From Tubiluchus corallicola (Eukaryota; Animalia; Priapulida), in contig JAQGDQ010000276.1 of assembly GCA_030141605.1 (NCBI GenBank), positions 1 through 64,000 of the forward strand: a DNA stretch of 64,000 nt. The letters run 5' to 3'. Numbering within the stretch: the stretch's first letter is position 1; each line of letters opens with the position of its first letter. Below are positions 1 to 15,204 of the stretch, piece by piece. The notes beneath the pieces are model-generated. The model had not been told where the DNA came from and ran no database searches. It worked only from the letters and a program-made list of their open reading frames with translations. The position numbers and the translations under genes are program-made.

Positions 1-2472
1 TAGTGTGTCGATGTGCTTCGTTCAGTTACGTATTGCTTGAGGCTTCTTTATACATGTATCTACAAAAGATGAACTCTCATCAAGAAGTGGCGTAGAATTA
101 AGAAAGAAAATGAAGCAACTCCTTTCTATTAATCAAGCTGCCTGATACAGAAAACTCGCCACGCCATGCTCAGCCTACTATTATTAGCTTTGTTAACAGC
201 GTCGGTGTTTACTAAAATTGTTATTGAATTGATATGAGTTGCTGCAGGTGTATACCTGTAAGTCTTTTGGAAAAAAACCGGTGCAATAATACTGAAATAA
301 TACAAGATAAATTTAGTGCAACCAATGGTTTACAGAAAGATAATTTTGAAAACTACCAAAATTTCTGCGCTGTAAAATTGCACGATAATTAGTCGACATT
401 TCTCAGTCATATTTTCAATATAAATAAAACTGTTTAGCATAATGTTATGACAAAAAGCCATAAACTTCAAAATAATATTGAGGTATTCGCTTAATATTGC
501 AATAATAGTAGTCACTAATACACGCAGCTTGCAACCACATACCAGGCAGATCCAGTTTCTTTTTTTAGTTTTATATAGACGTGTAGACAAGTATTGTTAA
601 GAACTAACATAGTTCCATGCATGCAGCGAAAGTCACTGGAGGCCAGTACAGAAATTTCTATCAAAGTGGTAATTATTTGATTAAAAATTGTAATTGAAGA
701 GCTTCATAATTCGCCTGAAAAGTAATAATGCTCACAGTTTATTTACAAACAATGTATATAGACCAAATCAAATTTCATATAGCGTAGGAACTGTTGAAAT
801 TTACATGTTTATTACGTTTTTAATTTTTTTAAATATTCGTTACATAGTAAATTTTTTGTAACGTCCTAACATGTGTGCCAATGTTGAATATTTGATGACA
901 TCTAGTTAACTAAAATAAAACTTAATTTCAAAAGATGAAATGTTGATTACAAGACTCGCTTTCTGGAAATGCAAAGAGTCGTTCTGAAGCATTTTTTCTT
1001 AGAATAAAGTCTATGAAATGGCAAATCTTAAGAGAGCACACAGTTATACAATGAATATCTTTTTTAAAATTTTAAGTTTGTGACTTGTTCCATTAATTTT
1101 TCGACTTTGCAAGGCTTACATAACTACCCTTACAGCATTATCACAATTACACCTCTGCAGAATTGGTATGCGTTCATTTCTGATAATTTTTATTATTAGT
1201 GATGCCTAATTGACTTAATCAACATAATTTAAATTGTATGGAGAAAGCTGAGAGAATGGCTTGTGTACTTTGCCGCATTTTACACTCTGCATACTCTACT
1301 CTACAGTATTTTGTATTTTTATTGATTACAGCTTTTAATAAGTCATGACAAATATTCGTTGTCATACTTTTATTAATTATAACAAAAACAGATTTTAGTG
1401 AGCGTTTGAAAAATCCTAGAACCAGTTTATTAAGGAGAAGGCTCGAATACATGTGTTTATAAAACTTGTTAAAATTAATATAACATTTTTTTATTTTTTG
1501 CAACCTATGACAATTTTATATGTAATATTGAAATTTCGTTTTCTTGATTAACTATTTACCGGAATAAAAAATTAGAATCCTGACGCGGAGGGTGATAAAT
1601 TTTAAAGTTCTTTTATGGCTCTGACTATACTCTAATAGCTATTTTGCGCCCGCAAGATTAGGCGCTGTCTACACAGATCACTGGGAATAAAAGAAACAAT
1701 AAAGTGGTTATTGTAATATTAAATCATAGTGTATTATTGACTGCGCTATTGTCGCTAACGCCGGGTTGTGTGCATGGTGGGAAACCCGGCGGCCGGTTGT
1801 TATTCTTAATGAAGCCAGAATCTGATATATTCCAGATTTTCTGGCGAGACGAGATTATCCGCGAGGTACACATCAGAGTTGAGGTGCAAGCGCGCGTCGC
1901 GGATCTGTGCTCACCCGCGTTGCAAAACCTATAGTTCCACCTGTTGCCCACGGAGATCAAAGAAAACACGTCTGTTGTCGGTTCTGCGGTGTTTAATAAT
2001 GGGATTTGTTGAGCTTAGCTTCCTTCGATTTTGAAACTTCTCTTTCTTTTTGTTTTCTTTCTTTTGGTTGAATAGTTTTAAGCTCGTGTAGGGAAATTAA
2101 ATGAAACAGACCTATACTGGACAGAGCAATCTTACTATTGCAAAATTATTGCTGCACAATGGGCAACTCTGTGACACACTGAAAAAATATACGTGTTATT
2201 TTATTTATAGGTAGACTCTAACATACTACAGTTTTTGCGTTCACAGTGTTCATAAAATATCGATCCACAAAGACAATCTTCGATTTATTTAGTATTCTCC
2301 TAACAATGTCTTCTTTTATTTTATTTTTGAAGTAGTCTATTTTTGAAGTATTTGGAAATAGTAACGTAAAAAATTTTACAAGCTTCTTTACGATCCTTTC
2401 ATTAATTTAGCTAGTTTCTTTTATATGTTTCAAGTAAACTGAACAAGTACTACATATATTTACAGTTACATA

Positions 2473-2599
<127 letters not shown>

Positions 2600-5500
2600 A
2601 TATATGTATAATATATATCATTGTCCAAATTTATCATTGCGAAGTTTTTGCTGTAATACATGCCGTAAGATAAACGTCTCCGAAAATAAAACCATCTTTG
2701 AGAAACGTTATATATATATAATTTCTCAACAGTGTAACAATGTTCAGTTTCAAAGGTTTGCAATATAAGAACACGTTCAACACACTTGAATAGTCAACTC
2801 AATATTTATATACGTGATAGTTATTGCATATGATTCTATCAACGATAACACAGACATTTACTTTATAAAATTAGACTTCTATATGAGAATTACATCCATG
2901 CGGAGGGCTCAAAAGAATAAAACGCCACTATAAGCTCTGCACTTAATATACCATTTCAACTCTTTAAAAACACAAGTCAAGTAAAACTGTAAATGAGTTT
3001 ATATAGTTTTTGTTATTTATATTACCCACCCTCAAAGCTTTTTTCCACCTATAAATGTTGTTGACAAAAAGTGACATGATTAGTAGTGAACTGTGTATGT
3101 TTGTAAAAAAATCTGCATACCAGCGTCGGTCATGCAGACTCTGCATGCAAACGTCATGCAATGTGCGGCACAAAACATTTCAGTTTTTCGCTAATGCCTT
3201 CACCTTACATACAAAAAATCCACAGGCTGTAATTTATGTCTGTCATAATTTTATAAGCACGCAGCGTGAAATAACCCTGCATTAATAATGGTTAGCCGTC
3301 TGATTTTTTGCGTTTGAGTGTCACTATAAACCCCACCTCCGACATGTTGTCCGAATAATAAATTTATATATTTTCCACCCTTTGGTTTTCAAAACTATTT
3401 TTAGTGTCGAAAGATACAGTAAGTAACACTTAAAAATTCACACGAAAAGATTAAATTTAATCACAGTGATTATGATCAGTGACAGTGAGATGACCATGCT
3501 AATCACGTTGCAGACTGTAGACTGAATAACGAATCTTTAAAATCCATTATTCATAAATGTAAATGAAGGTGCATGATATATACGCTGGACTGTCAGACAA
3601 CGTTGCTGCTGGAGCATATACAACAAATTAAACTTGGTTATTTAAATAATTCAGACGGTCAAGTTCACTGAAGTTTGTTATGATTGTCCCGGGCAAAGAA
3701 ACCCGTATACAGATGGTAAATAAGATTATTATTAGCTACGCGTTGTGAACAAATTAGATTTTCGAATGTTGTCGGGCGGTTAGCCTGTATAAGGCGCAGG
3801 CAGAGCAGATGCTATGAGTCCTAATAAAAATTAAAACAAGCTATTAATATTTTACAGTAATTTAAGAAACATTAGAATGCATTAAATGTGCACCACTAAT
3901 TTGAAGCTCGAGCTGCTATAGACAAGAGTTACTCTTGAAATCGCCGAGTGTGCAGGGAATATTGCTTACTATATTGTCTAATTATTGTCCACGGAATGTT
4001 GGCCAGGCTTGAGTGTGAAGCTGAGAGCCATATGGCACAACACTGTAGCACTGTAACCACTGAAAACAAAGGGTGACCAGGGAATAGTATTATTATATGC
4101 AGGGAGCTCAGTTACGAATTAAGTCTTGTGATTTGAGGAAAAAATCCTTTGAAGAAATTTGCCGCTGCTTTCTACTTCCTGATTCAACTCTATAATTTCA
4201 AAAGCCGTGATTAATTGTTAGAATTTATCATTGCAATATATCTTGATAAGGCATCTTTAGCATTCGCTTGAAACAAGTCGTTTGGCACCATTCTAATTAA
4301 GTGTCACACTTTTTGTTTGAAACAGGTATATAATTTTTATAGTTTTAATCTCTACAACACGACTGAAGCGCCTTTTAGAGAAGTTAATTGAACGTTTGCA
4401 TAATTACATCAAAAATTTCGCGAAAATGCCACGCAGGCAAGACTTGAATTACAGTTGAAATTTACTTAAATATGTACAAATTATTAAAACATATTGGTTG
4501 CCAAGAAATTGCATGTATTACTAAATAAGAGAGATCAATTTTTACGTTCTCAAGAAAATATTTAACGGACCTTTATGTAGTGGTATATACACATAATAGA
4601 AATAAACTTTTACAATTGTTAATACGTAGAAAAGCTGAAAATTCAAAAATGTTAGCCTTTTAGGTATTTATACATAATTGATAAAAAATTTTAACAATAT
4701 TGCTTTAGCAGTTACAATAAGTAGAACTTGTCATTTGTGGATTTTAGCTGCAACATTTCGTTTACACCTTGCAAATGTTAGTAAATCTGGCCTGACATTA
4801 CAGGTAGCACAAATACATTGTTAAGTGCACATATATAGTAGACATGTAGCGTCACTACAAGAATAAAGCAATTGTTAATAAGAGAAAAATTTTCATACAA
4901 TTATGTAGTTCTCAATCCGAAAATATGTACTTTTATTGTAAAAACATTTGCAGGTAATCTTCTCGGTAATGAGCAAGCTTCTCGAAAAGATGTTTTAGAA
5001 ACAAGTCTTTCAAAGAACGCTTCAGAAAACTAAATAAAACTGAAAATGCTTATCATAATACTTGAACAACTGGGCAATATTGGAGTAGCCTACCCATACA
5101 TTGTTCAACTTAATGCTATGAAAGCGCTGAAGCCGATATACAGTCTGTAAAAAGCATTATTATCTTAAGGGTATGAAAAACGCTTTTAAGCAGAAAGTAA
5201 GAACACAAAATGCATTCATTAATTGTTTTTTGTAGGATTTCCTTGCACGTAATGGTTACTCAAGATCTTTGAAAAACGGTACAATTTTACATTAAAAGAG
5301 TTATATTAAACGAACTATTAACTGTACAAGGCTATTATTTTAACAATATTCTTGTTTGATTAAATGGATTTTTATTGTTGTTTCCAGAATCTGAATATAG
5401 ATAGCCGCACAGCGCCAGGAAGAATTACACATCGTTGAAAACTTCTAGCAATCTAGTTATGTTGCATCACGCGGAACTTTTTATGAAAAACAAAAAAACA

Positions 5501-6839
5501 TGCTTACGAACAAAACTGAGAGTAAATTTATTCTCTGTTTTTTATACTACGAAGACCTAGACTGTGATTATTAATTTCAATATACGTAACAGTGTAGACC
5601 TAGTACGTATAATACTTCGTGTGATGTTGTAGTCACGCCAGGAAGTAAAAAATTATTCTTGTCAGATGAATGATCTGACTGTTTACCTAAACGTTTATTT
5701 TAGAATAAAATTATCATTACATTACCTGCTGCTTGCGATTTACGTTGGAGTGGGCAGACTTAACAGACACTGTATGTAGCGCAGCATATTTAAAAAACAG
5801 AAAACTTTTTTTTCTAAATTGGTTAAAATCTTTTTAGGTAAACTTAATTATGTCATTGTTAATAAACTATTAACGCCTTCATTTATTGATTTCAAAAGCG
5901 GCTTCTTTCTTTTTGTTCTTTTGACTTCTGCTTTACCGGAACTCATCAAGCTCAGTTTACGGCATATATAACCAGCATCGTATCCAAAACGCTCAGAAAT
6001 TGTAATTTAGCCTCACAGCCTGTGGACCGATTGCTCACTTTTGTTCTACCACACGTGACTAGCTGTTAAGGGGATCAAAGCTTGGGGATTAAGCTTCAGT
6101 AAATAAACGATAAATCAACCGAGATGGATCTTCCAATCTGGCTTGAACTGGCTTCACCTGAACTCACGTGTCGGCCCGACAAAATCGAAAATAATAGTAA
6201 AGTTAGTATACTAACCCAAAAGTAGTAGCAGTAGTAGTAATTTATTGACCAATGAAAATAACAGCACACAGTATTAACGGACCATCACCAACAAATACGC
6301 ATAGCAAACTTAATTAGCAACAATCAAAAATCACAAACAACTTAAGACTTACTAATACTATTCACTAGCATGGGATTGCAAATTTAATACAAAATAAAAA
6401 ACAATTTAAAGTAGCCTACCTGAATAAACGTAAGGGATCAGTTGCAAATTTTACGCCGAAATCGGCTCTTATTTAAACAGCTCCTGCAAATTATTAAACC
6501 CCGGCCGCGCTTAGCTCTGGCATTCTCTGTAATAACACAATGCAGCACTACATGCTCCTCTACCTGGACTAGATCGGTTCAGGAAAGGACAAAGTCTCCT
6601 ATTGTGAAGAATAGGAGGCCTAGCCCATCTTCCAGTCACCGCTATCAAAGGATACGAAGAAACATGAACCAACTAACGTTAATCTTCAAGGAATCAACGT
6701 TTTGTCAAAAGATGACTTCACACAATTTACACCAGTAGTACATTTACGCATTACACATTTTGCGAGTAAAATTTCTCTGCTAATGTACACTTGCGAACTA
6801 AAACATTTGTTCCATGGAAAGGTAAATGCTATGGCATAT

Positions 6840-7178
6840 AGCAAAGAAATTTTATTAGCAAAATGTACCACTGTCGAAATGTGTACCGACGCACTGTACC
6901 ACATGTGAACCGAAACACTTCGTTAAGGAATAAGGTAATAACATAAAAAAGACAATTTACTGATGAAGTGCACCACTAGTGAAGTATGTACTGACAAACT
7001 GTACCAATTGCGAAATGTACCATTGGCATACCTCTGGCAAAGTGCATACTGGCGAACTGCATTACTGATGAAATGCGCAACTGGCGAACTGTACAAGTGG
7101 CGAAATGTACCACTGGCACTCTGTGCCACCGACGAAATACATCATTGGTGAACTGTACCACTGGCGAAATAGATACCT
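6840..7178 (+). repeat. Degenerate ~16-bp minisatellite (consensus CTGGCGAAATGTACCA), possibly the subterminal array of a non-autonomous DNA transposon
   Basis: About 14 consecutive units at 6960-7178 (ctggcgaactgtacaa, gtggcgaaatgtacca, ttggtgaactgtacca...) and further units at ~6855-6920; array ends in AGATACC. Confidence 0.75.
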
Positions 7179-9899
7179 AATATACATTATTATATAACAT
7201 AAATGTTATATTTATATCTGTAATACAAAATCTTGGGTTTACTCCGGGCACCTCATATCTTACCATTAAAAAATGAGCATGTCATGTAATATAGAGTTTA
7301 AAGTAAGGCAGACAAAAAACGTTCGGACATGTTGTGACCCTTACACTCATGTTAGCTAATGACAGATCTTCATTCTTCAGTCTGTACGTGTCAGACGGTA
7401 TGACGAATTTTGCTTTGGAACAAGAAACACTGTCAACATCTCGTAATTTATCGCATTCTTGCAGTGATTGTGTAACATCATTAATTGTTATAATTCAACA
7501 AGTTATATATAAAACAGTCTTATCAGGCCTATGCCGCAAAGTTTTCCCATTAATATGCCCAAGGCTGTAGGTGTAAAATCAGGCCACTCGGTGTAATAAA
7601 ATGGTCATTTTTCATTGGCGAGGAATACCACTTTACAATGTGACAGGTGCGCATAACGTCAAATTTCTCTATATCATTGTCGCCAATTTGATTTATCACT
7701 ATGAACTGGTTTTCGTTTTATCAAAAGATGGATTACAGAGTTTTCTTCTGTTGACTTGAGCAGGTTAGCACAAACTTCTTTACAGATAAGTTGTGTTCTA
7801 CAATGGTAGAATATTTAAGGTTTAGGCCTATAAAAACATACAGATACGCTGTGCAAAATCCATCTCTAGATCCTATTATCCAAAACCATGTAGTAGTTGC
7901 AAATCTAGCTCTAGCAAAAATTAACGCATTTTTGTCTGTTTTGGCACCAAATTTGAAAAGACCAAAATAGTTATTAATGTATTTATTATCACCTAAGCTT
8001 AGGAAATTTAAGACTTACTTTTATCTAACAAAATTCGAACAAAATTACCTTTGCAGAAAAAGTCCAAATAAAGTGCAAGAGATATAGGAAAAGAGTACAT
8101 TCTAATTAAAAACTAAAAAGAAGCATAACTCATATCTATGTAGAGTGTCTTGCGGGACATCTGGATAATGCACCACTATAACAGCATGGGATGTTCGCGA
8201 ATTAGTGTTTTTATACACCTCGGCTCTCTTCAAGCCACGATCCAGCACTTAACAGCGTGGCTATTCAATGATACATATAGTGCGTATGTGTACATATAGT
8301 TGCAAAATGGACCGTAGTCTATCACATGATCAACGATACCCTTCGCAGATGAGATATTGAGCCGGTACAAATATTCGGGTGTTTTATTCCTCAACGAAAA
8401 TTAATACTGATTTGCAAATAATGCTTACTCTTGCAAATAAACAAAATCATTACACAAATTTTTTACACAAGCTAACGTTTATGTGCTTAAAAGTTTAAAG
8501 TTCGTGTATTGTAGCAGTTATGATTCTTAGGGCAGTTTGCGTCAGGTATGTATTTGTAAATGCAGGTTCTCTTTAGATAATTTGTGCTCGTAAGTTCGCG
8601 GTTAGCGCCACTTTGGTAAAGCTGTGACAAGCCTTGAGAACGCTATCGACAATTTAGTCACCCTAATTATAATTACATCTACAGGTGTTACCATGCAGTC
8701 ATTACCTGCCGCACACGTGCCACCATGGTGTCAGCTGCCTTAAACTATCATCATCTAATTACCGCTGCATAATCGTGTAAAGGGTAAATCAGAATACTTG
8801 CGCAAACACAAAGTCCTTTTTAGGTCTTTTTACACCTTATGTGACAAACATTTTATTATTTTGTGTTTGCGCAACAACTTGGGCCAGTGCTAGAGCCATT
8901 TGCACTGCAGTACTGCTTAGGCACATACGTCCAACACTTGAACTTCACGATACCCGATGCCCTGTGGCTCGAAATAAAAAGTGCTAACGATAAGATTTGT
9001 TTAGCTCAATAAGCCTCGCTTGGCTGCAATGGAATATGGACAAGTGCTTCCTTTACTTCTGCCTAACAACGTACGTATAAGGGAGCAATCCGAGCAAAAT
9101 ACTTTTTAGCACAACTGTTGACTGGGCGATAAGGCAGATGGACATAGTCTACCAAAAAGTGACCAGAAATGTCAGCCAAATCATCGTTTAGAGCAAAATA
9201 ATCTTTCAGAGCAGAAGAGGCCTATATATAAGTGGATTTTAATTTATGTGGTACTCATAATATTATCAAGAAAGGCTTTATTAAGGCGATTATTTTTTAC
9301 TCTTTGAAGGCATTTCTGTCACAGGTAATTAAATAAAATAACAGTATAAGCCTGGCTGACTCAATTCAGGCTTGTCTGACACAGAATCTGAATGGTCACC
9401 ATTGGATGAACTCTCTGTCTCCAATGATAGGGATTTCCTCCATTCTTCTGATTAACATACCGTAATTATATATATGCATAATACATAATTATTTTATTTG
9501 CTTTCGTCTTATTCCCCTATCCCTTTTCTTCTTTTCTTTTTTCTCTTTATTTCCTATCTTCTGTGCCCTCCTCATCTCCTCTCATTGCACAATCAATTGT
9601 ACAATTTTCTCAGCTAAAGCACGGGGGGGGGGGGATTGTACTGTGACGAAAGCAAGGCGATTAATAGTGATTTGAAAATACCACATATCACTGCCGGAAC
9701 CATTACCAACTACGGCGAAGTCACTGTTGCTGTTGCCACTGCTACCAATTTCTAGATTTCGAACTGTGTAGGTTAAAAGATGAATGAAAACTTAGTAAGC
9801 GTATAGTACACCTTAGAACAAAAAAGAGTTACAATAGTAAAAAAACTACAATAGGATGATGGTGCTGTCATGACGGCAGTGACGGTAATGGCTGTGGTC

Positions 9900-9991
<92 letters not shown>

Positions 9992-9992
9992 C

Positions 9993-10024
<32 letters not shown>
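9900..10024. repeat. (ATG)n microsatellite
   Basis: ~41 ATG units with one interruption; explains the poly-M/H/I ORFs. Confidence 0.98.
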
Positions 10025-13000
10025 AATGAATACTTTGATGAGGGCAACAATAATGAAGATGATAAATGATAGTTTCCATTTCCAATCGAGTATTATCCAA
10101 TCGCCTAGTGGCACAGAAACCTGAAAGGTTTTAAACAAATCACTCGCCTATTTTTGCTGTTCAAAAATTAAATGGTCGACTATTATGCAATCGCATAGTG
10201 GCACAGAATGTTGAAACGACATTGACCGGAAAGGTTTCTGTATTTGATATAAGCACCAGCACTGTGAAGAAATGAAAATATTAAAGAAAATGTAATTTAA
10301 ACCTAATAACTCGAAAAACGAAAGGCACAAATAGTAAGTAACCGCAGCGAAATAACTGATTTTGTATTTAGAAAAGCGTTAGCGATATAGTACAGAATGC
10401 AGATGAATACTACTGTAGGCTAGAAGAAATTAAAATTCGATCAGTGTTGTTGTAACGACCTACTAATATTGGTAAAACATTCTGTAATTTCCATTCTTCT
10501 CCTACATACCAAATTTGCACTGGTCTGCTGTCCATGTGGTTGAAATTTAACTTAATTGAATTTGAAATTGAACTTTTTAATTAAATTAATACTGCCGTAA
10601 TTGAATTACTAATTTGCCACAAACTTAAAATAAACATCTTAGTAACGGCAGTAGCGTATACGTTCACTTTGTAAAGTACAAAGTTGGTTAGAAAGTCAGA
10701 AAGTTAGAAAGTTAGAAACTTAAAAAAATCATTTAATTTTGTATACTATAAGTTATTTATATATATATTTATATGCTGAGTAACATCTATGTCTTTTTAC
10801 TGCACTTTTAAAACTGTTGAATGTTTTTATTAGTGTGATTTTGGTTTGATGACACATGTTCACTTGCACGAACAATGAAGTGTCTATGACGTTACCGAGT
10901 TCGCAAGGCTGAATTTAAAGTAAGTTAGATGGTCGAATGTTACAGGAAATATCCAACTGATGTAGATAAATCCACAGATTACGTACAGGCTGTCCACTAA
11001 ATATCCACATAAATTATATATTGCTCAAGTTATTATACATGGTTCTTTCTGCACGTGTGCCATAATGTATTGTATTTTTGGTCAATAAACTTGATCGTTA
11101 TACTATGGAAGGAAAATCCTATAACTAGCCTTTTTGTACCTAGGATCATCTGTTTAAAAATTAGTGACAACGCGAAATTATTTGTAGGCCAACACAATTA
11201 TTTTGGTATTTCAGGCAGTGTTTACTTAATGTAGCTTTTTGCAGGATCGGAATCTAGTTAATTATCAAGGATAATTTAACAGTACCCATGACTTTTCCCC
11301 TCAACTATATAAAGAAATAGTCGGAACAAAACAGCAGACAAACCGAAGCAGTTTTCCCGATGGTCATTCATCCATTTGCTGATTAAGCTGTCACTTAAAG
11401 ATAAAGAAAAGACACTTTCAAAAAAGTACGTCTCTACAAACTTTCCACACAAAGTTATATTACTTGGGATTACGCGTACTTGCTTGAAAGCCTTACGTAA
11501 CTAGAAAAGAAAATTCCTAATAACTCTAAGTGTTTAACTGGTAAAATGTCATTGACTCACCTTCCCAGTGGGTTCACACTGCCTCACTAAAAAGCCTGGT
11601 TTTAATCTTGTCGACAAGATACAATAATTAATACTTGCTTAGCTTGTGAAGTGTGTGCTACGAATGCTCTGATTATTTTTTAAAATTTTGCGCAATGTTA
11701 TCTAAACTTGTTTCAAGCCATCAAAATGGTTGCGCCTATAACTGTCATCACTGGAGTTTAAATTTTTAAGTTTTATGCAGCATTCCTACTAATACAGACT
11801 TTATGCGCAGTTAAGCAGTGTGTAAATGACACAAAGTGTTTTTTTCTAGTTTTATATAAGTAAAGCACGTTGCTTGTGCTTTAAGCTTGACTGTCAAGGT
11901 CTAGCTAGTTGCAGCCATTTGTAAACAAAAGCGCGACTAGTCAAGTGTAGCGTGCAATTCTCTAAATGGTAAGATTTTCTGTTTTCTGCACAATATTTTT
12001 CGTTTTTCTACTTCGTATTGCACATCACTGAAGTTACACTGATATACCTGAAAAGCTATGTCAGCTAACGGGTTAAAGAATCCTAGGAATTTTGGCGACT
12101 GGCCTACAAAAATTCGCCCTTTCGTGACTTATTTTGGCGTGTTATCACCCAGAATCTAGTCACTAGTCGTGACGACTAGTAAAAATCGATTCATAGACGC
12201 CTAATAGCAAAAACCAATCATAAAAAATTAGCAGCAGGCCCTGTTCCTAAATGACTCGTTTAACCTAACCTGACCTATTTTTAATTAAAATCTCCATGTT
12301 TCAAAGCGACGAACAACAGATTCGTCCAAATTAAGAGACCCACCTAAAAACTGCTAAGCTACGTTAACATCGAATACTACTTCATGTAAGCATAAATGCT
12401 GACTGATTTATCTCTACATTTAAATTAAAAGTAAATGAGCTTAGACAATCAGAAGCGACTAAAATGTTTGCTTAGGGAAATCAGACTAGACTGCTAATTT
12501 TGTATATGGTAGGCTGTTATTCAGTATACTTGCAAGAAGAACACTATACTTTCTAGGAGGTTAAAAAGGAACAGAACGATGCTCCCTACATTGCGCTAAT
12601 CACTGTGTCATCAAATTTTGTACATAGCTATGGAAATTACAAGTAAACAAGTAATATTGCTGTTTATATTTCGAAACAAAATACATTAACAACATATTAT
12701 ATAATGACTCAGTATCGACAGAAATAAATTCTGCCCAAAAGAAACAGGAAAATATATAATTCTGCAATAATACTTACAAGAGCTTACATTCGATGTAATG
12801 CAACAGTTACAAATGCTGCAATTTGCCTCTATAGGTTAATGCGTAATACAAGTCTTAAAGGCTTGGCTGTCTACCTCGCTTGATAATTAAAAACTCTCAT
12901 AAAATATTGTAAGGTGTAATGTTGCTGCTCATTACACAAAAAAAATAGCTTTTTATGACCATTTAGGCTTGACACAATTATTACAAATCTAATTGTGTCC

Positions 13001-14835
13001 ATTCTTCTACCAGTTAAATTGTCGCTTTTACTGCGACTTACTGCAGACATTTAACTGATATTCTTTTTGGGAGTAATCTATAATACGATTAATAAACGTT
13101 TACATGATACGTCAGCAAATTCTACCATGTCACATGTATCTCAAAGTTGACAATGTTTGACATTGCTCATTATATTTCAAAAATCCGTTTTGCTTATTCC
13201 AAACTAAAACCTAAACAATTAAGTATAGGTGGAAAGCTGAATGTTTCTACCTATCTGCCTATAGAGGTAATTAAGTATATTTAAGTGTAGGAAAAGGTAA
13301 AGGGGTATAATAAGCTAGAAAGTCTTAACTAAAGTTAATCACATTAAAGTCCAATATAGTTATCGAGTTGTGTTATTGACGTTATTTATGGATTGTACTA
13401 CAAACAGCATTTTATATTAAGCTTTCCAAAGAAGACCCCGCAACAAAAGAAAAAGCTGATGTGTTTGCAGAAATGCTTGGCATCGCTCCCCAGAGCCTGA
13501 AGCATGATCATTTCAAGTCACGTCTACCATAGGCAGCGTAATTGCATAGTAGACTTACGTACAGTAGATTTACGAGTGTAATTCCATGCAACTATAGTTA
13601 CTAAACTCCTAGTGGCATTCTTAATTATAATGTCTGCTGTAAAAGTGGGTACATTTATATCCGCGAGGAGATACTGTACACTTACCGCATACTTACCTCC
13701 TTTAAAAACCACGATACAGTACGCCACGCACTACTATGTTACACAACATGGAAAACCTATTTGGGCGCCTTTCTAGTTTGCAGCTACCAAAGTTTATGAT
13801 AATCTGCGATTTGAAAGAAATGGGGGGGGGTAAATGACTGCATTTTCGTTGTTTCAGCCAAATGTGTAACCATAATAGGTCTAGATTCGCATTATGCATT
13901 GGAAAATACATTTAAAGAAAAATTTACTTATTCAATGGAATCCTTGCATCTAATAATTTTAGTAGTGCGCAACGTGTGTCTAGTTAAAAAGACTAAATAG
14001 AAAAGTGATCTTTGAAACAATATTACAAGTTATGACATGGTGTAAATATCTGCGTAGGTTGAACTAGATATTGCGGAAACACGTGTAAACTACATACATC
14101 AGCAATATTGTACGCTGTACAATAATAAAGGCGGTTGTCATAAGTATGCTTAACATTTATAAGCAAATGTAGCTAAAAATATCTTAAGGTACGTTCTAGA
14201 TGTACTAGCGACAGATTTATTAATTGTACTATCTGTAACAGTACCTACACATAATCATGCTAACCGGATTTCACATGAAATGAAAGAGATATGCAGAAAC
14301 TATCGATCGAGTCTAAAAAATGCAATAATGGAAAGCAAGACGGAATTAACCAAACTATAATAATTATATAAAATCGGTTTAACAGTTAAGCTACTGCTTT
14401 TAAAAACTAGCTGCAACCACCTTATCGACCATATTCAAAATGGCGGCCATATGATATTCGATTAATCGCCTAGAATCCATACATGATGACAATACATACT
14501 GATGAAACTAAAACACGCCTTTTCTCCTAGCTAGTATATAACTTCAACAAAATCTGGATATCCACTTATTGTAAAAAGATACTTTGCCACACAGACCAAT
14601 AAGACATATTTCTTAATTGCTTTAACCCATCCCATTCAGTCATGAAGAGCAAGGCAACTAAGCCTATAAATGCCTCATGATGAGAACTACTGATACTGTT
14701 GTTGATGCTGCTGCTGCTGTCGTTGTTGTCGTAGTAGTTGTGTTGTGTTGTTGTTACAGCAGTAAATAAACAAAAATTAAAATTAACGAGTTTTGGTGAA
14801 ATCGGAACAGCCAATCACCTTAAGTTCATGAAATT

Positions 14836-15204
14836 GTGGGCACTATAAGCCTTCAAAAAGGATTAATTCTGCCAGAAGTCCATGACTGTACTGGCTGCAA
14901 CCAGACATCTGACAAATCATGTAAAGACTTGTTCATATTGAAAGGAAAGTCAGTGGAGGCATTTCCAACAATATCTGCTGCACTATTGCGGCACATCAAA
15001 TGTGTGGTTTTTCAACCAGAATGCTGTTGTGACAAGGTATTGTTTGCATCATTATCTGACCGGGCTGGAAGAGGTCCACTGAACAGACATGTGAACTGGA
15101 CAGGATATTACGGCCCGAAACAACAAAAACTGTCAATTGTCAAATTGTCAACAAGTCAGGGCTGCTGTGGCAAATGTAAATGTGGAAATGGCAACAAAAT
15201 CTGA
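14836..15204 (+). mobile_element. Decayed, internally deleted DNA-transposon coding remnant (Academ-type XPG-like plus Cys-rich region)
   Basis: VHDCTGCNQTS resembles FHAFTGCDxTS; KDLFILKGKSVEAFPTISAALLRHIKCVVFQ resembles the RKxLFxxKGRxxExIPPTxAALxxHxKRAxYQ block; terminal GCCGKCKC. Family assignment is from recalled motifs. Confidence 0.5.

Noticed and set aside
2014-2040. Homeodomain helix-3-like FQNRR on the minus strand
   Set aside because: Preceded by K rather than W, no upstream helices or suitable splice acceptor; probably chance.
3600-5040. Very decayed plus-strand LINE (IFSVMSKLLEKMF at ~4955-5000)
   Set aside because: Single weak motif; boundaries and continuity cannot be established.
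6960-7178. CRISPR-like array
   Set aside because: Units are contiguous degenerate 16-mers with no unique spacers, no cas genes, and eukaryotic context.
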